64,000 nucleotides of DNA from Macrostomum lignano (Eukaryota). Where the stretch lies: assembly GCA_002269645.1 (NCBI GenBank), contig NIVC01000059.1, positions 1,178,001 through 1,242,000 on the forward strand, read 5' to 3'. Shown one piece after another: positions 34,291 through 47,690 of the stretch. Numbering within the stretch: position 1 is the stretch's first letter; each line of letters opens with the position of its first letter. Made by a program: the position numbers and the translations under genes. The notes under the pieces were generated by a model. It was given only the letters and a program-made list of their open reading frames with translations, was not told the DNA's origin and did not search any database.

Positions 34291-37200
34291 TCAACTCCTA
34301 GGCGAAATATCGTAGCCATTGATTCGCCTGAACTGATCAACTTGTTGAGCCAAGTCGGCGCCGAATTTCTCGCAAGCCGTCGGGTTCAGCCGAATTCCGC
34401 TGGCGATCTCCACCTGGATGGCGTCGATCTGGCCGGAGATCAGCGAGCTGTACCTCTGGGTGATGTAGCCGCCGCTGAAATAGTTGCCAGATCCCGGAGA
34501 CGGGTGAGAACGCGATGGAACCACTTTGTAACCAGCTGACTCCATTAGGGAGCCCAGACTGAGGCGACCACTGAGAAGCTCTCGAGCTGATTGGCCAGTT
34601 CGAGCCTGAAGTGCCCGAATGCTGCTGCCGGAGAGGTCCTGGGGTCCGGCGTTGAGTAGCTCTTTGGACAGGCTGAGGTTGGAGCAGGGTGGTTTAACTG
34701 ACACTTGCGCTAACGCATCCTGACACTTATTTCAAAGATTTAACTGACACTTGCGCTAACGCATCCTGACACTTATTTTAATGGTTTAACTGACACTTGC
34801 GCTAACGCATCCTGACACTTATTTCAAAGATTTAACTGACACTTGCGCTAACGCATCCTGACACTTATTTTAAGGTTTAACTGACACTTGCGCTGACGCG
34901 TCCTGACACTTATGTTAAGGTTTAACTGACACTTGCGCTAACGCATCCTGACACTTATTTAAGGTTTAACTGACACTTGCGCTAACGCGTCCTGACACTT
35001 ATGTTAAGGTTTAACTGACACTTGCGCTAACGCGTCCTGACACTTATTTTAAGGTTTAACTGACACTTGCGCTAACGCATCCTGACACTTATTTTTAGAT
35101 GCTGACACTGACACTTGCTCGGCCTAGTACTGACAATCTTTGGGAGAATTCGGTCTAACAAAAATCACGGAGCTTTCTTAATATACTACTAACCAACTCC
35201 GAGTAGTATCAGTAGCAGCAGTAGTATTATTGCCTTACACATAACCCAGCTCGGTCCACTGCTCAGGATGGGACTGGCCGTGGATATCCAGCACCAGGCC
35301 GATCCCGTATCGAGACTGGACTCGCTCCATGGCGGCAGTCATAAAAGTCTCATGGTAAGCCTTCCAGGCCGCCTGGGCCAGCCGGTCACCTTGGGCGGCT
35401 TGTTCGACTGGTCGGTTGGGATCCAGCTTGCTGCGATGCAGATTGGCCCTGATGAAGTGCGGCCGGCAGCTGTACCGCTCGGCAAGGTGCTCCACCAGCT
35501 GGGCTGCAACCTGGGTACCGGATTCAGATTACGGTAAAGGTCGAGAGTAAGGTCGCCGAGGACAGGGACAGGGACACCGATAGAATGTCACATGTCACCA
35601 AGGATATGGGCAGAATGTTAGTAGGAACAGGGGTAGTATGCCAGTAACAGGGGTAGAATGTCACCAGGGACAGGGGTAGAATGTCACCAGGGACAGGGGT
35701 AGAATGTCACCTGGGACAGGGGTAGAATGTCACCTGGGACAGGGGTAGAATGTCACAGGGAAAGGGGTAGAATGTCACAGGGACAGGGGTAGAATGTCAC
35801 CATGCAGGGACAGGGGTAGAATGTCAGAGGGACAGGGGTAGAATGTCACAGGGACAGGGGTAGAATGTCACCAGGGACAGGGGTAGAATGTCACAGGGAC
35901 AGGGGTAGAATGTCACCTGGGACAGGGGTAGAATGTCACAGGGACAGGGGTAGAATGTCACCTGGGACAGGGGTAGAATGTCACAGGGACAGGGGTAGAA
36001 TGTCACAGGGACAGGGGTAGAATGTCACAGGGACAGGGGTAGAATGTCACCAGGGACAGGGGTAGAATGTCACAGGGACAGGGGTAGAATGTCACAGGGA
36101 CAGGGGTAGAATGTCACAGGGACAAGAGTAGAATGTCACAGGGACAGGGGTAGAATGTCACAGGGACAGGGGTAGAATGTCAGGGACAGGGGTAGAATGT
36201 CACCAGGGACAGGGGTAGAATGTCACAGGGACAGGGGTAGAATGTCACAGGGACAGGGGTAGAATGTCACCTGGGACAGGGGAAGAATGTCACCAGGGAC
36301 AGGGGTAGAATGTCACAGGGACAGGGGTAGAATGTCAGGGACAGGGGTAGAATGTCACCTGGGACAGGGGTAGAATGTCACAGGGACAGGGGTAGAATGT
36401 CACAGGGACAGGGGTAGAATGTCACAGGGACAAGAGTAGAATGTCACAGGGACAGGGGTAGAATGTCACCAGGGACAGGGGTAGAATGTCACAGGGACAG
36501 GGGTAGAATGTCACAGGGACAGGGGTAGAATGTCACAGGGACAGGGGTAGAATGTCACAGGGACAGGGGTAGAATGTCACCAGGGACAGGGGTAGAATGT
36601 CACCTGGGACAGGGGTAGAATGTCACAGGGACAGGGGTAGAATGTCACCAGGGACAGGGGTAGAATGTCAGGGACAGGGGTAGAATGTCACCTGGGACAG
36701 GGGTAGAATGTCACAGGGACAGGGGTAGAATGTCACAGGGACAGGGGTAGAATGTCACAGGGACAGGGGTAGAATGTCACAGGGACAGGGGTAGAATGTC
36801 ACAGGGACAGGGGTAGAATGTCCCAGGGACAGGGGTAGAATGTCACAGGGACAGGGGTAGAATGTCACAGGGACAGGGGTAGAATGTCACAGGGACAGGG
36901 GTAGAATGTCACAGGGACAGGGGTAGAATGTCACAGGGACAGGGGTAGAATGTCCCAGGGACAGGGGTAGAATGTCCCAGGGACAGGGGTAGAATGTCAC
37001 AGGGACAGGGGTAGAATGTCACAGGGACAGGGGTAGAATGTCACCTGGGACAGGGGTAGAATGTCACCAGGGACAGGGGTAGAATGTCACCAGGGACAGG
37101 GGTAGAATGTCACCAGGGACGGGCACAATGGCGCCAAGAGCAGAAAACTGTCATCAGAGGCCAAGAACCTGTTGAGTGTTAATGTCAGCCCCAGTGACAG

Positions 37201-37441
37201 CTCTACAAGCCGTTGGCGCGACAGGACTGCAGGACTTCTCCCATCGGCAGGTGACGCCGTCGGCAGCCAGACAACCATGAGTCCGGTCCTCGATCTCCGC
37301 AGGTCGAAGCCAGCCGCCGTGAGGCGACGAGATGATCAGATTGCAGTCGCCAGGAGTGTACTCAATCCAGTCATTGGGGATGCTGGTCTCTGCCGTTAGA
37401 GACGACAGCAACAGGCAGGGCAGAAGCAGCAGTGCAAGCAT
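34291..37441 (-). CDS. Secreted N-formylglutamate amidohydrolase (FGase)-like zinc hydrolase, ~308 aa; exons 37441-37169, 35510-35239, 34672-34291
   Basis: Signal peptide MLALLLLPCLLLSSLTA, then motifs WIEYTPGD-LIISSPHGG, DINT, PHFIRANLHRSKLDPNR, YH, LVLDIHGQSH, ELGYV|LS, SGGYIT-RY and IDAIQVEI, all typical of this family. Introns are GT-AG, phases 0 and 2, and join correctly. Confidence 0.85.
34695..35115. repeat. ~44-bp minisatellite (TTTAACTGACACTTGCGCTAACGCATCCTGACACTTATTT) in FGase intron 2
   Basis: About 9 copies abutting the acceptor. Confidence 0.93.
35640..37120. repeat. 22-bp G-rich minisatellite (GGGACAGGGGTAGAATGTCACA) in FGase intron 1
   Basis: About 65 copies. Confidence 0.96.
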
Positions 37442-37809
37442 GGCTATGGTTATTGCCAATTGCAAAGCTTAGCCAACTAAAACTCTCACACAGCATTGGC
37501 TAAACTTCATATTGGGGCTTTTTGTAATAACCAAAACTTTACAACAAGAAACGTGACAAGCCTGCAGTAAGCTCGCATTTCAGTTCTGTGACCACAGCAC
37601 ACCTGACGAGTGTCTGTCCTGGCGTGGCACGGACTTGACGCTATAAACACCAATGAAAGATAAACTTTTCTGATAAGAGTAGAAACACCTTAACAATATT
37701 TGGAGACTGTTGGAGCTACGTGTACTTACATGTATACATGTACATGTGGGTGCAACTCATTCTGTATTGTAACAGTGTGGCTATATCAGTGCAAGCTATC
37801 AGTGTGGAT

Positions 37810-40800
37810 AGCGATTCTCCATGAGATTGATGGGGCGATTCTCAATGAGATTGATGGGGCGATTCTTAATGAGATTGATGGGGCGATTCTCAATGAGATT
37901 GATGGGGCGATTCTCAATAAGATTGATGGGGCGATTCTTAATGAGATTGATGGGGCGATTCTCAATGAGATTGATGGGGCGATTCTTAATGAGATTGATG
38001 GGGCGATTCTCAATGAGATTGATGGGGCGATTCTCAATGAGATTGATGGGGCGATTCTCCATGAGATTGATGGGGCGATTCTTAATGAGATTGATGGGGC
38101 GATTCTCAATGAGATTGATGGGGCGATTCTCAATGAGATTGATGGGGCGATTCTCCATGAGATTGATGGGGCGATTCTTAATGAGATTGATGGGGCGATT
38201 CTCAATGAGATTGATGGGGCGATTCTCAATGAGATTGATGGGGCGATTCTCCATGAGATTTATGGGGCGATTCTTAATGAGATTGATGGGGCGATTCTCA
38301 ATGAGATTGATGGGGCGATTCTCAATGAGATTGATGGGGCGATTCTTAATGAGATTGATGGGGCGATTCTCAATGAGATTGATGGGGCGATTCTTAATGA
38401 GATTGATGGGGCGATTCTCAATGAGATTGATGGGGCGATTCTTAATGAGATTGATGGGGCGATTCTCAATGAGATTGATGGGGCGATTCTTAATGAGATT
38501 GATGGGGCGATTCTCAATGAGATTGATGGGGCGATTCTCCATAAGATTGATGGGGGGATTCTAAATGAGATTGATGGGGCGATTCTCCATAAGATTGATG
38601 GGGGGATTCTAAATGAGATTGATGGGGCGATTCTAAATGAGATTGATGGGGCGATTCTCAATGAGATTGATGGGGCGATTCTCGATAAGATTGATGGGGC
38701 GATTCTCAATAAGATTGATGGGGCGATTCTCAATAAGATTGATGGGGGGATTCTAAATGAGATTGATGGGGCGATTCTAAATGAGATTGATGGGGCAATT
38801 CTAAATGAGATTGATGGGGCGATTCTCAATGAGATTGATGGGGCGATTCTCGATAAGATTGATGGGGCGATTCTCAATAAGATTGATGGGGGGATTCTAA
38901 ATGAGATTGATGGGGCGATTCTAAATGAGATTGATGGGGCGATTCTTAATGAGATTGATGGGGCGATTCTCAATGAGATTGATGGGGCGATTCTCGATGA
39001 GATTGATGAGGCGATTCTTAATGAGATTGATGGGGCGATTCTAAATGAGATTGATGGGGCGATTCTAAATAAGATTGATGGGGGGATTCTAAATGAGATT
39101 GATGGGTCGATTCTAAATGAGATTGATGGGGCGATTCTAAATGAGATTGATGGGGCGATTCTAAATGAGATTGATGGGGCGATTCTCAATGAGATTGATG
39201 GGGCGATTCTCAATGAGATTGATGGGGCGATTCTCGATAAGATTGATGGGGCGATTCTCAATAAGATTGATGGGGCGATTCTCAATAAGATTGATGGGGG
39301 GATTCTCAATGAGATTGATGGGGGGATTCTCAATGAGATTGATGGGGCGATTCTCAATGAGATTGATGGGGGGATTCTAAATGAGATTGATGGGTCGATT
39401 CTAAATGAGATTGATGGGGCGATTCTAAATGAGATTGATGGGGCGATTCTCAATGAGATTGATGGGGCGATTCTCAATGAGATTGATGGGGCGATTCTCG
39501 ATAAGATTGATGGGGCGATTCTCAATAAGATTGATGGGGCGATTCTCAATAAGATTGATGGGGGATTCTCAATGAGATTGATGGGGGGATTCTCAATGAG
39601 ATTGATGGGGCGATTCTCAATGAGATTGATGGGGCGATTCTCAATGAGATTGATGGGGCGATTCTAAATGAGATTGATGGGGCGATTCTTAATGAGATTG
39701 ATGGGGCGATTCTAAATGAGATTGATGGGGCGATTCTCAATGAGATTGATGGTGCGATTCTCGATGAGATTGATGGTGCGATTCTCGATGAGATTGATGG
39801 GGTGCGATTCTAAATGAGATTGATGGGGTGCGATTCTAAATGAGATTGATGGGGTGCGATTCTAAATGAGATTGATGGGGTGCGATTCTAAATGAGATTG
39901 ATGGGGTGCGATTCTAAATGAGATTGATGGGGTGCGATTCTAAATGAGATTGATGGGGCGATTCTTAATGAGATTGATGGGGTGCGATTCTAAATGAGAT
40001 TGATGGGGCGATTCTTAATGAGATTGATGGGGTGCGATTCTAAATGAGATTGATGGGGCGATTTTTAATGAGATTGATGGGGTGCGATTCTAAATGAGAT
40101 TGATGGGGCGATTCTTAATGAGATTGATGGGGTGCGATTCTAAATGAGATTGATGGGGTGCGATTCTAAATGAGATTGATGGGGTGCGATTCTCGATGAG
40201 ATTGATGGGGTGCGATTCTAAATGAGATTGATGGGGTGCGATTCTAAATGAGATTGATGGGGTGCGATTCTAAATGAGATTGATGGGGCGATTCTCAATG
40301 AGATTGATGGGGTGCGATTCTAAATGAGATTGATGGGGCGATTCTAAATGAGATTGATGGGGTGCGATTCTAAATGAGATTGATGGGGCGATTCTTAATG
40401 AGATTGATGGGGCGATTCTCAATGAGATTGATGGGGCGATTCTTAATGAGATTGATGGGGCGATTCTCAATGAGATTGATGGGGCGATTCTTAATGAGAT
40501 TGATGGGGCGATTCTCAATGACATTGATGGGGCGATTCTTAATGAGATTGATGGGGCGATTCTCAATGAGATTGATGGGGCGATTCTCCATAAGATTGAT
40601 GGGGGGATTCTAAATGAGATTGATAGGGCGATTCTCCATAAGATTGATGGGGGGATTCTAAATGAGATTGATGGGGCGATTCTAAATGAGATTGATGGGG
40701 CGATTCTCAATGAGATTGATGGGGCGATTCTCGATAAGATTGATGGGGCGATTCTCAATAAGATTGATGGGGCGATTCTCAATAAGATTGATGGGGGGAT

Positions 40801-42640
40801 TCTAAATGAGATTGATGGGGCGATTCTAAATGAGATTGATGGGGCAATTCTAAATGAGATTGATGGGGCGATTCTCAATGAGATTGATGGGGCGATTCTC
40901 GATAAGATTGATGGGGCGATTCTCAATAAGATTGATGGGGGGATTCTAAATGAGATTGATGGGGCGATTCTAAATGAGATTGATGGGGCAATTCTAAATG
41001 AGATTGATGGGGCGATTCTCAATGAGATTGATGGGGCGATTCTCGATGAGATTGATGAGGCGATTCTTAATGAGATTGATGGGGCGATTCTAAATGAGAT
41101 TGATGGGGCGATTCTAAATGAGATTGATAGTGCGATTCTCAATGAGATTGATGGGGCGATTCTCGAATAGATTGATGGGGGGGGGGGCGAATCTCGATGA
41201 GATTGATAGGGTGCGATTCTAAATGAGATTGATGGGGCGATTCTAAATGAGATTGATGGGGCGATTCTCAATGAGATTGATGGGGCGATTCTCGATGAGA
41301 TTGATGGGGTGCGATTCTAAATGAGATTGATGGGGCGATTCTCAATAAGATTGATGGGGGGATTCTAAATGAGATTGATGGGGCGATTCTAAATGAGATT
41401 GATGGGGCGATTCTAAATGAGATTGATGGGGCGATTCTCAATGAGATTGATGGGGCGATTCTCAATGAGATTGATGGGGCGATTCTCGATAAGATTGATG
41501 GGGCGATTCTCAATAAGATTGATGGGGCGATTCTCAATAAGATTGATGGGGGGATTCTCAATGAGATTGATGGGGGGATTCTCAATGAGATTGATGGGGC
41601 GATTCTCAATGAGATTGATGGGGCGATTCTCAATGAGATTGATGGGGCGATTCTAAATGAGATTGATGGGGCGATTCTTAATGAGATTGATGGGGCGATT
41701 CTAAATGAGATTGATGGGGCGATTCTCAATGAGATTGATGGTGCGATTCTCGATGAGATTGATGGTGCGATTCTCGATGAGATTGATGGGGTGCGATTCT
41801 AAATGAGATTGATGGGGTGCGATTCTAAATGAGATTGATGGGGCGATTCTTAATGAGATTGATGGGGTGCGATTCTAAATGAGATTGATGGGGCGATTCT
41901 TAATGAGATTGATGGGGTGCGATTCTAAATGAGATTGATGGGGCGATTCTTAATGAGATTGATGGGGTGCGATTCTAAATGAGATTGATGGGGCGATTCT
42001 TAATGAGATTGATGGGGTGCGATTCTAAATGAGATTGATGGGGTGCGATTCTAAATGAGATTGATGGGGTGCGATTCTCGATGAGATTGATGGGGTGCGA
42101 TTCTAAATGAGATTGATGGGGTGCGATTCTAAATGAGATTGATGGGGTGCGATTCTAAATGAGATTGATGGGGCGATTCTCAATGAGATTGATGGGGTGC
42201 GATTCTAAATGAGATTGATGGGGCGATTCTAAATGAGATTGATGGGGTGCGATTCTAAATGAGATTGATGGGGCGATTCTAGATGAGATTGATGGGGTGC
42301 GATTCTAAATGAGATTGATGGGGTGCGATTCTAAATGAGATTGATGGGGTGCGATTCTAAATGAGATTGATGGGGTGCGATTCTAAATGAGATTGATGGG
42401 GTGCGATTCTAAATGAGATTGATGGGGCGATTCTAAATGAGATTGATGGGGTGCGATTCTAAATGAGATTGATGGGGTGCGATTCTAAATGAGATTGATG
42501 GGGTGCGATTCTAAATGAGATTGATGGGGCGATTCTCAATGAGATTGATGGTGCGATTCTCGATCGATGAGATTGATGGGGTGCGATTCTAAATGAGATT
42601 GATGGGGCGATTCTCAATGAGATTGATGGGGCGATTCTCA
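37810..42640. repeat. 24/25-bp satellite array (GAGATTGATGGGGCGATTCTCAAT), ~4.8 kb
   Basis: Directly visible; the 24-bp period explains the ILNEIDGA pseudo-ORF. Confidence 0.98.
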
Positions 42641-43289
42641 CTGAGACTGACCGAGTGATTATCAATACCTTTATGGAAATTATGAACACAAAATCCTTCA
42701 AGATCTCAAAGTTTTTATGAATTTCAAAATCAAACTATAAAAATTACAGAGTTGGCGCAGTTTATAATTATTAGATTATTATTAATGGCTGCCTAAATCA
42801 GTCAAGTGCTCGCGGTTTAATTAGGCTTTAAATTTTGAGTCGTTGAAAAAATATCACGATAGTAAAATAAATCGATCAAAATGTACTGGGTCAAGTATAA
42901 ATATTAACATGAATCATTAACGAAATTAACTTGAAAAATAACTTGTAACAGTGGAATAAATTAAATAATGAAACTAAACATACTACTGGTAGGCAATTGC
43001 TTGAATTTAAGCAAACAGTTTTTTCTGAAGTAAATATTGCGTTTTTAATTTTGAGGGGCGCAGGCTAATCAAATAAATTTGGCTAAGATAAAAATTTACT
43101 GAATTCCAGTCCAGTGACACAAAAATAATCTTGTAGGATTCCTCAAAAGGTACATATCTTTATTAAACTGGGATTTATCTCAATGTAGATCCAAATATTT
43201 CATGAGGATTTCCCTCCTCCTTCCCTTTCCCTCCACTGGGACTCCCCCCTCCCCGAACATTTGGAAATTCTACTGGGAATTCCCCCTCT

Positions 43290-43575
43290 CCGAACATGGG
43301 GATTCCCCTTCCCGAACATGGGGAAATTCCAATGGGGATTCCCCTTCCCGAACATGGGGAAATTCCAATGGGGATTCCCCTTCCCGAACATGGGGAAATT
43401 CCAATGGGGATTCCCCTTCCCGAACATGGGGAAATTCCAATGGGGATTCCCCTTTCCGAACATGGGGAAATTCCCATGGGGATTCCCCTTTCCGAACATG
43501 GGGAAATTCCAATGGGGATTCCCCCTTCCCGAACATGGGGAAATTCCAATGGGGATTCCCCTTTCCGAACATGGC
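43290..43575. repeat. 36-bp tandem repeat (CCGAACATGGGGAAATTCCAATGGGGATTCCCCTTC)
   Basis: About 8 copies. Confidence 0.92.
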
Positions 43576-43629
43576 TAAATTTTACTGGGGATTTTCACGA
43601 ACGTTGGGTATTTCCCTGCATGCTTGGGC

Positions 43630-43781
43630 GCAACCTTGGGATTCACTCGGCCGTTTCTATTGGCAACAAACACATGTAAGTCGCTATTGGACGGAATAGT
43701 AGTCACGTGACTGCTATCAGCCAATAGCGACTTACATGTGTGTGTTGCCAATAGAAACGGCCGGGTGATTCCCAAGGTTGC
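43630..43781. repeat. ~150-bp near-perfect palindrome centred on AGTCACGTGACT
   Basis: The arm GCAACCTTGGGA...GGCCGTTTCTATTGGCAACA-ACACATGTAAGTCGCTATTGG is mirrored on the other side; the centre lies at 43706/43707. Confidence 0.9.
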
Positions 43782-44084
43782 ACATGTATGTTTCCCTGGG
43801 GATTCTTCTCTACAAAAATGTGGGATTTTCCTGTGGTTATCAAAGAATGCACATTTACAGATTTCACTGGGATTTCCCTAAACGAAAATAGAAAAATCGC
43901 ACTGTAATTTTCGTAAACAAACATTCAAGATTTCATGGGAATTCCCTAAAACAAACATAGTAATTCTAGAATAGACAAACGATTTAAAATCAAAACATAC
44001 TTGGAAGAATAATCAAATGTCATCAGAGAGTAATAGAACCGCACAGACTCCATAATTAAATGAAAGCATTGCTTAATCAAATGT

Positions 44085-47000
44085 TCACGAAGCTGCAGCC
44101 GGCGTCGCTTCCGCTGTCTCCGCTGATGTCGGGGCCGCGGCTGCAGAGTCGCCTGCGCCGCCACTTCCTCCGCTGCCTCCGCCTCCGCCGCCCTCTTTCT
44201 CGGCGCGGAAGAAGATTCTGGCGCTAGTGAGGCCCTGGTCTAGTAGGGCGAATTCGCGCGAATATCGCTCATGCCGGCTGAGAGTCAGGGTCAGCGTCTG
44301 CTGGAGCTTCTCATCCGACCGGCCGGCCTTGTCCAACTGCTGCTTGGCCTGGGTGAGTTTAAGGCGATTCTCAGCGTGAGTTTAAAGCTATTCTCAGAGT
44401 GAGTTTAAGGCGATTCTCAGAGTGAGTTTAAGGCGATTCTCAGAGTGAGTTTAAGGCGATACTCAGAGTGAGTTTAAGGCGATACTCAGAGTGAGTTTAA
44501 GGCGATACTCAGAGTGAGTTTAAGGCGATACTCAGAGTGAGTTTAAGGCGATACTCAGAGTGAGTTTAAGGCGATACTCAGAGTGAGTTTAAGGCGATAC
44601 TCAGAGTGAGTTTAAGAGGATTATCACGCCTAAAAACATTCTATCCCTATAAATTCCCTAACTACGTGTCGATATAAATCAATTACCTCAGCCTTAAGCG
44701 TTCCGTAGTGCCTCTGAACTGAGCGGAACCAATGCAGGGAATCGAACTCGCGACTTTGATCCAACAGTTTCAACACGTAGGCCAGGCCCATGGCAAAGCC
44801 ATCGTCGGAGAAAGCCGCTCCGGTTTTGTTTTTCTTATTCAGTCGATCTTTGCACTGGACCATGTGCTCCACAAAGTTCACAGTCAGGGCTGGCACAATC
44901 ACGTGAACGTTGCGCAGATGGGCATTCTTTTTGTCGCGAAATTCTTTGGCGAACACGTCAACTAGCATAGCGAAATAGTCTGTGCCTTCGCTGTAGTTCT
45001 TGACTAGACCTGCGACTGTCTGCGGGAGGGTGCCAATGAGTCTTTATGGTTTTGAGGGCCGATTCTTAGAGGGTTTTGAGGGCCGATTCTTATAGGGTTT
45101 TGAGGGCCGATTCTTACAGGGTTTTGAGGGCCGATTCTTATAGGGTTTTCAGGGCCGATTCTTAGAGGGTTTTGAGGGCCGATTCTTATAGGGTTTTGAG
45201 GGCCGATTCTTATAGGGTTTTCAGGGCCGATTCTTAGAGGGTTTTGAGGGCCGATTCTTAGAGGGTTTTGAGGGCCGATTCTTAGAGGGTTTTGAGGGCC
45301 GATTCTTAGAGGGTTTTGGGGGCCGATTCTTAGAGGGTTTTGAGGGCCGATTCTTATAGGGTTTTGAGGGCCGATTCTTAGAGGGTTTTGAGGGCCGATT
45401 CTTATAGGGTTTTGAGGGCCGATTCTTAGAGGGTTTTGAGGGCCGATTCTTAGAGGGTTTTGGGGGCCGATTCTTAGAGGGTTTTGGGGGCCGATTCTTA
45501 GAGGGTTTTGGGGGCCGATTCTTAGAGGGTTTTGAGGGCCGATTCTTATAGGGTTTTGAGGGCCGATTCTTATAGGGTTTTGAGGGCCGATTCTTATAGG
45601 GTTTTGAGGGCCGATTCTTAGAGGGTTTTGGGGGCCGATTCTTAGAGGGTTTTGGGGGCCGATTCTTAGAGGGTTTTGGGGGCCGATTCTTAGAGGGTTT
45701 TGGGGGCCGATTCTTAGAGGGTTTTGGGGGCCGATTCTTAGAGGGTTTTGGGGGCCGATTCCTAGAGGGTTTTGAGGGCCGATTCTTAGAGGGTTTTGAG
45801 GGCCGATTCTTAGAGGGTTTTGAGGGCCGATTCTTAGAGGGTTTTGAGGGCCGATTCTTAGAGGGTTTTGGGGGCCGATTCTTAGAGGGTTTTGGGGGCC
45901 GATTCTTATAGGGTTTTGAGGGCCGATTCTTAGAGGGTTTTGAGGGCCGATTCTTATAGGGTTTTGAGGGCCGATTCTTAGAGGGTTTTGAGGGCCGATT
46001 CTTATAGGGTTTTGAGGGCCGATTCTTATAGGGTTTTGAGGGCCGATTCTTAGAGGGTTTTGAGGGCCGATTCTTAGAGGGTTTTGGGGGCCGATTCTTA
46101 GAGGGTTTTGGGGGCCGATTCTTAGAGGGTTTTGGGGGCCGATTCCTAGAGGGTTTTGAGGGCCGATTCTTAGAGGGTTTTGAGGGCCGATTCTTATAGG
46201 GTTTTCAGGGCCGATTCTTAGAGGGTTTTGAGGGCCGATTCTTATAGGGTTTTCAGGGCCGATTCTTAGAGGGTTTTGAGGGCCGATTCTTATAGGGTTT
46301 TGAGGGCCGATTCTTAGAGGGTTTTGAGGGCCGATTCTTAGAGGGTTTTGAGGGCCGATTCTTAGAGGGTTTTGAGGGCCGATTCTTATAGGGTTTTGAG
46401 GGCCGATTCTTAGAGGGTATTGAGGGCCGATTCTTATAGGGTTTTGAGGGCCGATTCTTAGAGGGTTTTGGGGGCCGATTCTTAGAGGGTTTTGGGGGCC
46501 GATTCTTAGAGGGTTTTGGGGGCCGATTCTTAGAGGGTTTTGGGGGCCGATTCTTAGAGGGTTTTGAGGGCCGATTCTTAGAGGGTTTTGAGGGCCGATT
46601 CTTAGAGGGTTTTGGGGGCCGATTCTTAGAGGGTTTTGAGGGCCGATTCTTAGAGGGTTTTGAGGGCCGATTCTTAGAGGGTTTTGAGGGCCGATTCTTA
46701 TAGGGTTTTGAGGGCCGATTCTTAGAGGGTTTTGAGGGCCGATTCTTAGAGGGTTTTGAGGGCCGATTCTTAGAGGGTTTTGAGGGCCGATTCTTAGAGG
46801 GTTTTGAGGGCCGATTCTTATAGGGTTTTCAGGGCCGATTCTTAGAGGGTTTTGAGGGCCGATTTTTATAGGGTTTTCAGGGCCGATTCTTAGAGGGTTT
46901 TGAGGGCCGATTCTTATAGGGTTTTGAGGGCCGATTCTTAGAGGGTTTTGAGGGCCGATTCTTAGAGGGTTTTGAGGGCCGATTCCTATAGGGTTTTCAG

Positions 47001-47658
47001 GGCCGATTCTAAGTGGGTTTTGAGGGCCGATTTTTCTATGACTTTGAGGGCCGATTCTTAAAGGATTTTGAGGGCCGATTCTTAGAGGATTTATAAAGCC
47101 GATTATTAGATGGTTCTGATGGCCGATTATTAGATGGTTTTGATAGCCGATTCTAAGCGGGTTGTAAAGATCCGATTCTTAGGGGGTTTTGAAGGCCGAT
47201 TCTTAGAGGGTTTTGAAGGCCGATTCTCTACAAAGTTCATAGCGGTGACGATATTTTTTGACGTAATGATTCTAAAATGTTGTCTAAGTTCTATATTGTC
47301 AGAGGATCTCTTTTGACTTCTTAAAAAAGAGATGTTTCTACTTACTTGGTCCAGCTGCTGGGCGGCAGTCACAGTGCCCTGGCTCAATCCAGCCTTGCTC
47401 GCCAATTCCTCGAACGCCGGGATATCTTCGAGGTCCGGCACAAATCTGATAGCGCTGCTGCAGCAGTTGAGTCCGCCGCTGCGGATCATGCGGACGTAGC
47501 CCATGGCGTTGCCGATCTGCGTGATGAGCAGCCGGAAATGGTCCAGGAAGGTCAGGCCCTCGTCTGGGTGCGGGGTGGGGGGGGGCGTTGATGCGGCTGG
47601 GACTGACTGACGGCAGAGAGACAGACAGATAGACACTAAGACACTAAGACAGACAGAC

Positions 47659-47690
<32 letters not shown>

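Noticed and set aside
37700-39667. 655-aa ORF of ILNEIDGA repeats, and the RIAPSISL / RLMGRFSM ORFs in other frames
   Set aside because: A 24-bp satellite unit lacking stops stays open in several frames on both strands, and the same array later shifts frame with 25-bp units. Not treated as a gene.
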